A stretch of 64,000 nucleotides of DNA from Trichoplax adhaerens. Taxonomy: Eukaryota > Animalia > Placozoa. Shown piece after piece: positions 24,966 through 37,842 of the stretch; position 1 is the stretch's first letter; the number at the start of each line of letters is the position of its first letter. The stretch lies in the NCBI RefSeq assembly GCF_000150275.1, contig NW_002060959.1, positions 866,371 through 930,370 on the forward strand, in the 5' to 3' direction. The notes under the pieces are model-generated. The model did not search any database and was not told where the DNA came from. It saw nothing but the letters and a program-made list of their open reading frames with translations. A program made the position numbers and the translations under genes.

Positions 24966-27900
24966 ATGAAACATCAAGACACCAAAAAATATTGCATTAA
25001 ATGGATAACCCATCGATTACTTATCTTATTACATATTCTATTTGGCATTCCCCTCGCTTTCCTTTTGACCTTCATCGTAATACCCGCTTCTTTTGAGGTT
25101 TCTTTTGGCACTGAATATTTCTATCTTCCCTTGATTCGTTGGATGTTCAAGGTAGAGTATACAAAATTGCTTATAATTAATGAATACACTTACTAATCAT
25201 ATCAGTTTAAATAATAAATCAACATTGCTGGACATAGACAAATTTTAGATGCAGCCTAAAGTAACATTTATTTTTCAAGTAGAAGTGCGGAGCTGTATTT
25301 CAATTTAATTACCTGATGATTTCATTAGATTTTATTGATATAGCAGCACCTTAGAAGTCAGCAAGAATGAAGTTTACGTTTCTAAAATTCGATAACGTAG
25401 GATGTTTATAATATCTTCTACTAGCTTGAGCTGTTTACAACATAAAAATTCTAGGTGATTTAGCTAATCCATTACACCACTACTTTCCTCGCCCTAATCC
25501 ATATCATGCCAAAGACTACAGAGATACTCTATGGGTTGTAGTGTAGTTAGAACCAACAAATCATTTCGTTACTCAACCGTTTGACCGTTTGCGAGTAGAT
25601 CAATATATATGCTTTTTTGATCTTCTCTTCTGCTTCATATATTTAAGTAGCTTTACACAATCTCTAATCAATCATTGTGCAATAGCATTTAGGTACCGTA
25701 TATTCAATTTTTTCTAATCTTTTTCCGTAAAAACTTCGATACTGCAAGAAGATACTCAGCAATTTGTTGCACGATGCTGCCATACCATCGTTCTTGTTTA
25801 TTAAGTATTAATACTGGATATGATGAAGAAGATAGCTTTATAATAAATAACTGAACTCATTTACTTAGTATAATTAGTAGATTACAAACAACCAACTACT
25901 ATATTATTTAAAATACGGGTATTTCTCTCGACTATGAAAACACTAATATGCAGTCACTACGGGTATTTAAAACGTTAACAATAGCGTAAACGCAATATGA
26001 TTTCATAGTAGACGGCATTCTAGATCGAAAGCATCTAAAAGCTCTTTGCTAATATTATAAATAAATCTTGCAAGTTAACTGCCGCAGATAATGAAAAGAA
26101 ATCCATTTAAATCAGCTGAAAGATATTACTGTAGATAGAGTTGCTTGTTTATTGCATATTACTCCATTGTCGATATCCTATTATGTATTAATTTCCTAGT
26201 TGCATCAATAATTATAATTTATACTGATATACGTATTTTAAAGATTATTTCTTAATGACTATGGTCATAATAGGAAAGTATTTCTGAACAATATTTGTTA
26301 ATGAAGATGATAATATTTTTTATTATTGATCAACTCAATTGTAAATAAGATTTTAATTTGTTTATTGCTATTCATCTAAAGTCGTTGCCCTTATTGTACT
26401 AATTTATAGTGCAGTATTATGCTTACATACTTATTGCCCACTTACATAATATTTAGATAAAAACTTATTTGCTTTCAATAATAAAATCTAGCTCGTAAAT
26501 CTTCGTCATGACCACAATCTTCGTTTTATATGCAAAAGACAGTTATAATAATTTGCTGTAATATGTACGAGCTATCATCCGTACTTACGTTTCTTATTTA
26601 GCGAAAACAAAATTCAGGTTTAATTATATTCACAAATTTCGCTGCATATCAATTTCTATCTAAATTGTTGCGTTTGTTCCAGTTTGCTAATAACATAATC
26701 GATGATAACAAGCCTTTGGATATTAAGCAGCAAGGTAATTAAAACGAATCTAATAAAGAGCATGAAATTTATTTTCAAGATTTTGACATCGATATTGAAA
26801 TAATAACAAAATAAACTCTTAATTGATAAATTATGCTTTCCATAGAAATACATGATGCACAGCTGAAAATGCCTTCTTTGCCTAGCAAAACATTTAACAA
26901 TGAGAAAGACAAGATAGACTTTAATATAGATCATATCATGAATTTTACTGCCAGTGGTATGCAGGTAGGAATGGACTACGAATTTACAATCTAGTCAATT
27001 AATTTGCTAACTGCAAGTATTAGTGCATCATCTTAATATCTCTGCAAGCTAGTAATATCAGATATATACGACTATTATTATCATTCATTATATGTAGCTA
27101 AGCATAACAAATTAACTTTATTGCGTGCGTATATTGAAACATCTATATAATTGCACATATTTATATGGCTTTACTTAAGATGATTTACGATCACATGCTA
27201 CGATATAAATCTACTATTAACAAACTTACTTCTACAGCTTATTTAAATCTACGAATATCATGGTACTAACGTATGGTAGTATGTTACAATTTCCAAATTT
27301 TGTAACAAGTACTAGATCTGCACTCAGCAAGGAGACCCAGTAATTAAGTTGAAGAACTAACTTTATTGTTAAAATGAAGAGTTTATATACTTTCTTTATT
27401 GTGACCTTTGATCTACTGACGTAGATCACAAGATCATCACTAACAGAAAGGTTTCCCTAGTTTAGTCATTACAAATAGACTATCATGCCAAGTATGGCAA
27501 CATGAGAATACATATATAGGTAACCTTAATATAGTACCATAACTACATCTATATACGCCTGACGTGATAACATCGTGATATTTAACCATATATAGAAAGA
27601 AGGTAACATACTAATTATGTAACTATTACAGAACGTGACATAGTAATATTTATAAGATGTGCTAGATAGTAGAATATAAAGTAAATTCCATCAGTTTTCA
27701 TGCTATAGCGCAATTTCGATTTAAAATACCTGTGAAAATTTTATTGCTGTAGTTTACTAGGCTAGTACCCATTCTTGATCGTAATCCATCATTTCTTCCA
27801 TTCTAGGTCTTAAAATAAAAGATTTCTAGCAGTGCAGTATTCTATATTATTTATAAACTACAGATAACTTTAAGCAATTATGAAACTTTGATTTCCTGGA

Positions 27901-30619
27901 CTTGTAGGCTATCGTAGATGATGAAGTCTTGCCACGATTTTGGGCAACAGGTAATACTTTACATTATTTAAAAACGTCATAATCTATACGCTAGTAATCT
28001 TTTTTACTGTAGTGAAATGTCTGATAGTATTGATTAAAACATTTTCAACTTTCATGAGCTAGAATTATCTTCATGGAATTTATTAACAAGAACAAAGAAG
28101 AAATATCAGTTTAAAGAGTAAGTTATAATAAGTTCCAACTTTATATTACTACTGCTACACTTTCATTCGTAGATGGCATTAATATATCATTTTAAATATA
28201 CTCCTATATTTTCATCATGTCAATTATATAAATACCATGTGTATTTTCGTCCTTATAATGCCGTAATCATAGACCATCGCATATATGATGCGTTGTTTAA
28301 TTGTAATTATTAACCACATAATACTTTTACGGCAATTTTAAGCTTTCGCCTAACGCTTTTATGGATTCTTGGCATAATTATTCGATATGCTCTCTTTTTA
28401 CCCATAAGGTATAAATATATAAAATGTTTAAAACTAAATGCTATTTTCTGTGTTATATCATTATCTTGTGTCTTTCTATCATTTTAATATCATCATATAA
28501 TTAAATTACGATATGTTAATTAACCAAGATATTTACATTCTATACTTTGATAGAACTATACTTTTCGCCATAACACTCATCTGGTTCTTTCTCACGACAG
28601 TTACAGTCTGTTTATTGCCTGTAAATACTGGGTAATCCATATTGAATAACACTATTTTATAAATCAGTATTCGCTGTCTGTCCTTGGATAGCGGATCAAA
28701 ACTATCGCTAGATCAATCTCAAACGAGATTTATTACGACTATTGTTTAGATTACAAAGAAAGCTGCATAATTTTGCCTATCTAACAACGTTCCGAACTCT
28801 AGCGCGCGCGAATCGAGCTAAAGTTGGTGGAGTTTGTGTAACAAATCATGCATCACCACTAGATAGTGTAGTCTTATCAAGAGATAGATGCTATGCTATG
28901 GTCAGTCACTATTATTTTATTAATTTTATTTGTTGTAAGATCGAAACTACACTACAACGGCGTTAAAGATGCAATTTTAAGAGATAGTCAATTTACTTTC
29001 ATAAGACATCCAAATGAAATTTAATCCAAGAATGTAGAGTAGTTTGCAATATGATACGATAGAATAATATTGGCAAGAGATCAGTGCGATGCTTTGATAC
29101 GTTATTAATTTTTCTGATTTTTTCATGCAAGATCGAAATATTGTCGAAAGTTAACCCAAGCAGTGGTTAAATACAGTATATATTAATTTAGTAAACTGCT
29201 TTCAATTATTTTAGATAGCAATAAGATAAGAGTTATTTTATTCCATGCTAACAGGTAGGACAAAAACAAGGTGGTCTACTTGGTATTTTGATTAAGAGTA
29301 TTATGTATAACAAATCCCATCTCTTATTCGAAAGATCTGAAGCCAATGACAGAAAAGCACTATGTAGAAGGTATAGTTATATTGCCATCATGACCCAATA
29401 AAGAAAGCTATTTTTAGTGGTAATTTAACTTAAAACATAAATATTTAATTATAATTTTTATCTACTGGCTAATAATATTTACAGGATGAAGGAACATATT
29501 AAAGACGATACCTTGAACCCGTTGTTAATTTATCCAGAAGGTTTGCAGATATCTAGTCAAGCTCATAAAGCAGGAGCAATCTCAGTTGACTTAAATGCGC
29601 TCTCATATATTTTGATGTAGGTACATGCGTGAATAGCACAGGTGTATTGCTATTTAAGAAAGGTGCATTTGAAATTGGTGGCACAATTTATCCTGTAGCC
29701 TTGGAGGTATTGTATTCTGTAGAATTGTTTAGATAGTTATCATCTAATAATTTGATCAAAAATCCAGTGATAAGTTGATAGCATTTTCTTCTCGGCAAAT
29801 AAATTTAGAATAGTACAAGAGTTTCAAGCCTTTGTAGTTTTATAAGATACGCTAACATGCTTTTATCACATGATCTAAGTTTATAGCTGCTGCTAATTTT
29901 GATTATTTTTGTATCCTAATAAATCAATACAGTATGACCTGATGTTTGGTGATATCTATTGGAACTCTTTAGCTAAAGGTTGGCTTAAATATCTTATTGG
30001 TATATTTACTTGTTGGGGCTTAGTATGCAATGTTCACTACTTACCACCGGCGAAAATCAAGGTAAACGAATTGTATAATATTTATGATCAACCTATAAAT
30101 TGATTAATGAGAAATAATCAGTAGTTTAAGTGTATTATTACGTGCTTCATAGCTATTTCCTAAAGTATATGAAATTATTTACGTCGTAACATCGTTCTAC
30201 ACTTTGGTAATTAAACACTAGCCAAATGAAACCGTTATCGCTTTTGCCAACCGAGTCAAAACCGAGATTGCTAAACACGGACAAATACCTAATTTGCCTT
30301 GGTATACTACATAGATTTAGTAGCATTCAGTAGATTAATTATATTATCTCTATACATAACATATACAGTATGTATTACAGTTAAACATATAGCTGTGGAT
30401 CTAGCTTCCATTTTTATTGCATCATTCTATCATTTCGCCTTTAGCGTAAATTATATAATTATTGAATAAAGTAAATATAGTATAATAAGTATATTACTAA
30501 TATTTTACGTATCTTTCCAAACTATTTTAAGGGATGGACAATTGAAAAGATTAAATGTTAAGAAATCATTTCGATTGAAAGAGCAAGAATTTTACAGCAA
30601 GATTTTAAAAACAGAATAG
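24966..30619 (+). CDS. Glycerol-3-phosphate acyltransferase 3/4 family, divergent paralog A (exon 2 not resolved)
   Basis: Exon 1 at 24966-25151 (...GIPLAFLLTFIVIPASFEVSFG...). Later exons encode NFTASGMQ, AIVDDEV, ELSSWNLLTRT, GGVCVTNHASPLD (HxxxxD), LLFERSE, LLIYPE|GTCVNSTGVLLFKKGAFEIGGTIYPVA, YDLMFGDIYWNS, FANRVK and WDGQLKR...SKILKTE*. Stop at 30617-30619. Confidence 0.88.
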
Positions 30620-30689
30620 AAATATTTCCATTTTATATGTTTAGCTCTAAAATCACCATTGAACGACGGTTAAGGACCATTACACTATC

Positions 30690-31950
30690 CTATCTAGCAG
30701 TCCATGATATTAAATTGATCTTTATGATATTCACCCACCACCACCTCATCATTACAAATGTTTGTTACTGCAATTGACCAGATTGGTATAAATGCTAGTC
30801 TTAGTCATTTCATATATTCAAATCATGTACTACTATAGTATCTAGTATGGCACGGTTTTACTGCATCATACTACCATTTTCAATTTGATGTTACTGTATT
30901 CTATTAGATCAGATTTGATACTAATCATTTCGTGGATTAAACATTCTAAAAATCATGGACTACCATAGTATCTAGTTGGCCATCATTTTATGATACTACC
31001 TCGTCATTTTTTTCGATCTCTGCTAGTTTATTCTATGCGATTCAATTTGATACCAGCCATTTCATGTATTAAAATGGTGAGATTGTATAGTATCGAGTAG
31101 TCGATGACAATAATTACACCACCACGCCATTTTCAATTGCATGCTACTTAATTGTATCAGCTCCGATTTGATACTAGTTGTTTCAAGTACTAAAATGATC
31201 AACTACTCTAGTATCTGTACTGTAGTAGTCCATGATATGATATTTATTTATCGTATCACCCGGTCATTTTCAATTCCATGTTACTGCATTGTATCAGATG
31301 CAATTTCGTACAAGTCATTTCATGTAATAAAATCATTGCTATAACATCTAGTCGAGTAGTCTATGATGTTATGCCATTTAATTTATGCGTATTATCAGAC
31401 ATTCACTTGAAACTTGATGATAGCATCCATAATCGTCAAGTACTGCGATACTGTATTAAGTAAGTGATGTGATATGCTGTATACCAACTGGCTAATGATG
31501 GCGTAGCATATGCAAGCATAAAAGGAGACTGTTTTGCAAATGAAGATTATTTGTTTACGCATCCGCTCTGCAACGAATCAACGCTTTCTTCTTGTATTCC
31601 TCGACTTGTTTTCCCTTCTTCAATTTGCCAAGCAGAGCAATCCTATTATAACACACACACACACACACCATCTCCATCATCAATTTCATGTTAGTGTATT
31701 CTATCTGATCCGATTTCATATGTGAGTATTCACCCAAAGGCTAGAATGATCGACTACTCAATGTATGAAGTAATCGACGTGCCTGTATTATACCACCTCA
31801 CTATTTTGAATTCTCTATTCTATAAGTTACTGCATTGTATCCGATCCGATTTCAATGTAGTCATTTTATGTATTCAAATGATGGATTAGTCGAGCATCGT
31901 CAATTATTACTACACCATTGTCATTTTCAATTCTCTGCTACTGCATGCAT
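30690..31950 (+). repeat. Degenerate ~125-bp minisatellite, roughly 8-9 diverged copies, between the two GPAT genes
   Basis: Recurring block ccattttcaatt..tgttactgcattgtatcagatccgatttgatactagtcatttcatgtattaaaatcatggactac..tagtatctagt, for example near 30875, 31000, 31128, 31264, 31830 and 31921. An (AC)9 microsatellite sits at 31651-31668. Confidence 0.75.
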
Positions 31951-33275
31951 GAAGGGACCATGCGAAGAATAAGTCGTCTACGTTGCATCGTATCCCATTG
32001 GATTTTATAGCTTTAAACGATGCATTCTTTGTTGACTACAATACATGCCATTAAACACGGTCATAGCCTTTCCAGGATCAAACACCATCTGGCCATTTTG
32101 AATGGCTTATTCCTGCTATCCATCTCCTTGGACTGTCCATCTGCCATTGCTGCAATTGCTTGCTCTACGAGCTCGGACATTTTGAGCCATGGCATGAACA
32201 ATGGGATGAATCACCCGTCAATCGGTTGATTCTACTCAGTGACACACTCCTCGGGATAGCGTCAGTCGTCCATGGATCGGCTGAATCATCTTGGTGTCAC
32301 ACATTCATCCAAGTCAATCACCGATTGATGTGAGTTTACCTATGCCCACGTACTGCAAAGTCAACAACGTTGTCGCCCCCTTATCATGTTGTTTCAACCG
32401 GTGATTGTGTCGATGAACGGGTGACCCTCAATGACGGTCAAGTGTAATGTACGGTCACGGCGTCGTTGAAAACGCCAGTAGAGTACAATACCAAGATTCA
32501 CACGGCAAAGGTCAACCAACTGTGTTTGTCACACCGGTCGATTGGATTCAACGTTCAACACAATTGTGACAAGTCAGATCGCAATCGTACTGCTAAAAAG
32601 TGCCCCCAAAATATGGCGACCATCATCGACAACGCTTAAAACGTGGTAATACCGGGAATTTCTGCCATGAATACTATAGTGATACCATGACCAAGACAAC
32701 AAGATTGAACATGGTTGCAAGTTGAAAAGTCAGTTAGCACTTAGCGCATGTTGAGGGATGATTCCTGTAGTCTGTCCTACTAAAATGAATACTAGATTGT
32801 GCTGTACTCTACACTGTACAGTACTGCATGAGCGACAGTTTTGCTCACTAGTCAGTCTTGACCATCGTTTGGATCATACTCAGTGGTGTATGTGTAGCAG
32901 GAGTTCTTTCAAGTTGATCCAAAGACTCTCTCATTTTTGTTCCCACTTCTCAAGCCACATTTTCTCAAAGTATATCTCTCTTTTTGAAGTCAAATATAGT
33001 CCTGAGACGGCAATTTTTCCATTCGACTACGCCACTAAAACTGTGCCATCTTGACAACAGGCGCAAATTGTTTCACAGACTTGATGTGTACAGTGTACAG
33101 TACTTTTGACTGTCCGTAGTAGCGTATTAAGTACTGTGAAAAACAAACTGTTGGGCAGGTATTAAAACTAGATGCTAAGCTACGCCTCACCCACTGTAGA
33201 GGTGAGCGGCTGGTCCTGAGTCAAGACGAAACCGTTCCAATCTGTCGAAGCGGATGCAATAAATCAACAATCATC

Positions 33276-36200
33276 ATGTTGCTCTTTCTGCTTGGTATTC
33301 CCTTAATTTTAATCTTAACGATCGTGGTTATACCAGCATCACTGAATATTTCTTTTGGCGTTCGTGATTGCTACGTCAATACATTGCGTAAAATTTTCGA
33401 GGTAAATTGATCACATACTGTTGGTATTATTTCACTTAGTTCAACATGCAAAGCCGGCGCAGGATGCAGACTAGCCTACTGTATCATTCAACCTGTCAGT
33501 GACATAGTTTTATACTGTGATCATCGCTCGCGCTTAACGACCATCCAGTGTAGGTAAACTGCAAGGATAGCTTGCCAAAGAAACGATGGCGTTGGTCAAC
33601 AACGAATGGCGTTGTCAGCTTTGATCTTGTACAATTTCGATATCGATTCGCCAAGTTTTGAAACACCTTGATTTCATCACCTTATCTAACTATTTTTTAA
33701 TTACCCTAATTGTAATTTCAATCTGTGTTTCTCTTGATCCCGACCTCGCTGTGTCAATATTATAATTGTGATAAAAAAAGTATAGACATTTCTCATTTAT
33801 TTATGGCCAGTACAAAAAAAAGCGCTACGATGCTACCTGCACAATTTTCAACTTTATCAACGCCCAACATTGCATTAAATAGCCATGAGCTCTTAGTCAA
33901 AGGATGCCCGTGCTTAGTAGCCTATCATGGACTGTATGGATAGTCAAATGATTACAGTACTATACAAATGGATGATGATTACTTTTCGCTATACTCATGG
34001 AAACATGCTTAAAGCTCCAACTGTACACAATGTATTTCTATGCGTACAGTATTCCATCAAGCAAGCGATAACTTTGCAATATCCAATTACTTGCTTATCG
34101 TTGATTCAGTCCATACAATCGCCTACTACAACTAATATTGTAGTAGTTTACCACCATTCTTATATCTTGCTGTAATGATGAAGTTGATCGAATATCTTTG
34201 TTAAGTGCTTCCTGTGCTAATAGATCAATGTTAACTATAATGTATTTAGTTCGGACGAGGCAGGATCGAACGTACAAAACGCCATGACGATGAACAATAT
34301 GGTTAGTCTTTAAGCAACTGTTGTTTTTTTCCAACCATTCATGAAGAGGATAGCCAAATAATTACCAATATACAGTCAAGGAATAGCAATGATAATATTG
34401 TCACTGTCAACTTTGAAAGTCTACTCTCAAAGGTTGTCCGATAACCAATACATTTGTGTAAATCGTTGATATCTTTCATGAAGAGGATAGCCGAATAATT
34501 ACCAATATATAGTCAAGGAATAGCAATGATAATATTGTCACTGTCAACTTTGAAAGTCTACTCTCAAAGGTTGTCAGATAACCAATACACTAGACTGTAG
34601 AAACTGAATAGTGTTACATCGCAATAGCTTTTATCAATAAGATCTTCAATCCTTGTGATAACCATATAGGGGATGAAAGCGATCAACACCCTGTGCCATC
34701 ACTACCCAGCAGAATGCTAAGTGAAAACGATACCAACAAGAAGAAATTTAGTCTAGACGATATGCTGTCTTTTGCCGCTTGTGGCATGCAAGTAAGATTT
34801 TGATGTATAAAATTCCCATTTGAATAATAGCCCTTCTTTTTAGTTATGAAAAATAGTGTTCTACTCAAATCGTATATTAATTTGTAGTTACGAACGGATA
34901 GCACACATTCAATAATTCTTTACTGCCCAAGAATCCAATTAGCCTTCTATCGATATCGTAAAATCTAATAGGATTTATTTAACGTATAATATAGGCCATC
35001 GTTGATGATGAAATCACCAAATGTTTTTCAGCTGAAGGTACAGTACAATACGAGTATAGTAGCATCACTAGTGCTACAATGAATTCATTACAAGCAGATG
35101 ACATCGTTCCATTCGCACAGTATTGAATGTGTTACACTCGTATTTAATAATATTGCCTTACTTGGCGTCCCCTGAACGCTATAATAGTTCACCAAAGCAA
35201 GAATAGTCTAATCTGTTCTGTTACTTGTTTTCAAAATTACGTATTTCATCAAATGATTTTAATTTACGTCATACCTTTTTACTAAATGTACTCTAAAGTT
35301 AGCTTTGCACTCTATTTTATCCCTTCATCATAGAGTAGCGTTTAATTTTTTTCTACCTTTGCCTAGAATTGCCTTCTTGGAATTTGTTAACTAGAACAAA
35401 TAAAAACTACGAATATATAAGGTTGGTTTTACTTTATGGGCATATTATTATATTTTTTTGGCCAAACAATTAAAGTTGTAAGCATGCCTTTGACTTATGC
35501 ACGTACTATAATAATGAAATTTATAAGGCTTGCTAGCTCTATAGAAGCAAGTTAACATAACTATATTTTTTTAATTTAATGACAGTCTCCGCTTAACTAT
35601 ACTGTGGATCATTGGATGGTGTATCCGCTACTTGATTTTCTTGCCTGTCAGGTAAAATGAGTAATTTGAATTCTTGAACTTTAATTCTCGTTACTTAATG
35701 CAACTGTATGAATTACTTGAACTTTGATATGATATTTTCTCGTATAATCTATTATAAACCTACAACTGGTGAAGAACGTATTAATTTGATATTTACTGTT
35801 GCTTATCCAGAATTACCATTTTAAGCTTGGGATTACTTTGGCTCTGCTTAGCCACGACATTGATTGGGTTTCTACCGAAATCTAGGTATGGATTACGCTA
35901 ATAATTAATTAATACTAGTTCGTCTGTTTATCTAATAATCATGTTATTATTCTACACTATACCTTCAATTCTAATGTAATCTGTATTATCTATTTAATCT
36001 TATCACTACCTTTAGCCTACAAACGAAGCTAAATCATTACGCCTACCTTATTGCCTTTCGCGTACTGGCGCGTGCAATCTCTGCTTCTATTAGAGTACAC
36101 AATAGGTATGCAATGATACTGTAGTTGAGGCCTTTATTGTAACAATTATTACTAGGACACAAACACGAATGGACTTGTATGCGTATACAAGTGTCAACTC

Positions 36201-37842
36201 CACTATCCATTAATAGCTGGATACTACCATAGTCAGTTTCTGAATATCTAAAGATATTAGCAACTTGCAGTTTTCCCTAGGCCTGACTGCTCTAAATTCA
36301 TTCACGCTAACATATCAGTTGATAATGTCATTATTTCTAGAGAAAATCGAGCTAAAGGTGGTGGAATTTGTGTTGCAAATCATACTTCACCAATTGATGT
36401 TCTTATTTTATCTACCGATAATTGCTATGCTATGGTATGGATTGAATTCAACTTGTGCAATAATTTCATTCAGAACACTTGAACGCTCACTTCAGCTATT
36501 GTCATCTGTAATTTCTAAAGACTTCAATTTTTTTGTCTTGTATCCTTAATTGAGTACAGGTAGGTCAAATTCATGGTGGCTTCTTAGGGACAGTGCAAAG
36601 AATTCTTTCAAGTTCTCAATCTCATGTTTGGTTTGAAAGATCTGAAATGAGGGATCGAATGACTGTGACAAATAGGTTAAATTCATTAAAATCACATTAC
36701 TAACTTAAGATTAGACTTGTGTAACTTCTACATTCATCTTGATTGTATGAAGGTTAAAAGAACACGTTGAGGACCATAGTTTGGACCCAATGTTAATATT
36801 TCCAGAAGGCAAGTTGTTGTTCATCCTGTTATACTTTATATTAAATTTGTCTTGCTGTTCAATAACTGTTACTCTAATTTTTTATTGATTTCTAAAAACG
36901 AAGCTTTTCGATGTAATATAGTACAGTACTTCTCATGAAATAATATGGTGTTAGTGATTTGGAATAACTACAAATGTAGTATTGATTTTATATCCGATAT
37001 TACATTAGTACCAATCAATAAATAATCTTTCTTACGGTCTTGATTTAACCAACTCCTTTTTGTTTTCATGACCGATAACAGGTACGTGCATCAACAACAC
37101 GTCTGTATTTATGTTTAAGAAAGGTTCCTTCGAAATTGGTGGAACAATTCACCCAGCGGCTATTAAGGTACTGTAACTGCTATACCGTACTACCGATAAT
37201 ATGTAATGGCTGTCTTGTCGAAACCTAATAAGTATTATGTTAATTACTGATGATGAAAAAAACGTCAGTATGATCCTACGTTTGGGGATGCTTTTTGGAA
37301 TTCGAGTCGTGAAAGCTGGGTTCAATATTTAGTTATGATGCTTACAAGCTGGGCCATAGTATGCGATGTTTGGTATTTACCTCCTAGAAAAATGGAGGTA
37401 TGATAGTTGATGTTGTAATAGTTTGTGCTAGTATTGAAACCAAATATCATACAAGTTTATAATGTATTCAAATTGCGATACTAGTTTTACTATTTGTAGC
37501 TTATGATAGCCACCAATACTTAGTGACGATTCCTTTAATATTATTCAGGAAAATGAAACTGCAACCGAATTTGCTAACCGTGTTAAAGCTGAGATTGCCG
37601 AAAAAGGGGGACTAGTTGACCTAGTCTGGTAAGCTGATATTGCCTTGTCGTTTTTAGCAAAGTCTTCTTTCATGATTACAGTGATTATCTTGGATGAATC
37701 AATTTAATACAGCTTTCGGAAATAATAAATTCGAATTAATTAATAACTATGTAGGGATGGACAACTAAAGCGGGTTGCTGCCAAGGCTTCTCTAAAATAT
37801 GCAGAGCAAGAAAAGTATAGTGAAATTTTGCTAAAAGATTAA
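33276..37842 (+). CDS. GPAT3: Glycerol-3-phosphate acyltransferase 3/4 family (AGPAT9/AGPAT6-like), conserved paralog B
   Basis: Exon 1 at 33276-33401 encodes MLLFLLGIPLILILTIVVIPASLNISFGVRDCY and exon 2 lies at 34250-34301. Later exons encode FSLDDMLSFAACGMQ, AIVDDEITKCFSAE, GGICVANHTSPIDVLIL, VGQIHGG, HVWFERSEMRDR, MLIFPE|GTCINNTSVFMFKKGSFEIGGTIHP, YDPTFGDAFWNSS, TSWAIVCDVWYLPP, FANRVKAEIA and WDGQLKR. Stop at 37840-37842. Probably co-orthologous to vertebrate GPAT3 and GPAT4. Confidence 0.92.
34338..34589 (+). repeat. 115-bp direct duplication (period 137 bp) in intron 2 of GPAT paralog B
   Basis: ttcatgaagaggatagcc...ataaccaataca at 34338-34452 and 34475-34589, with about 3 mismatches. 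Confidence 0.93.
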
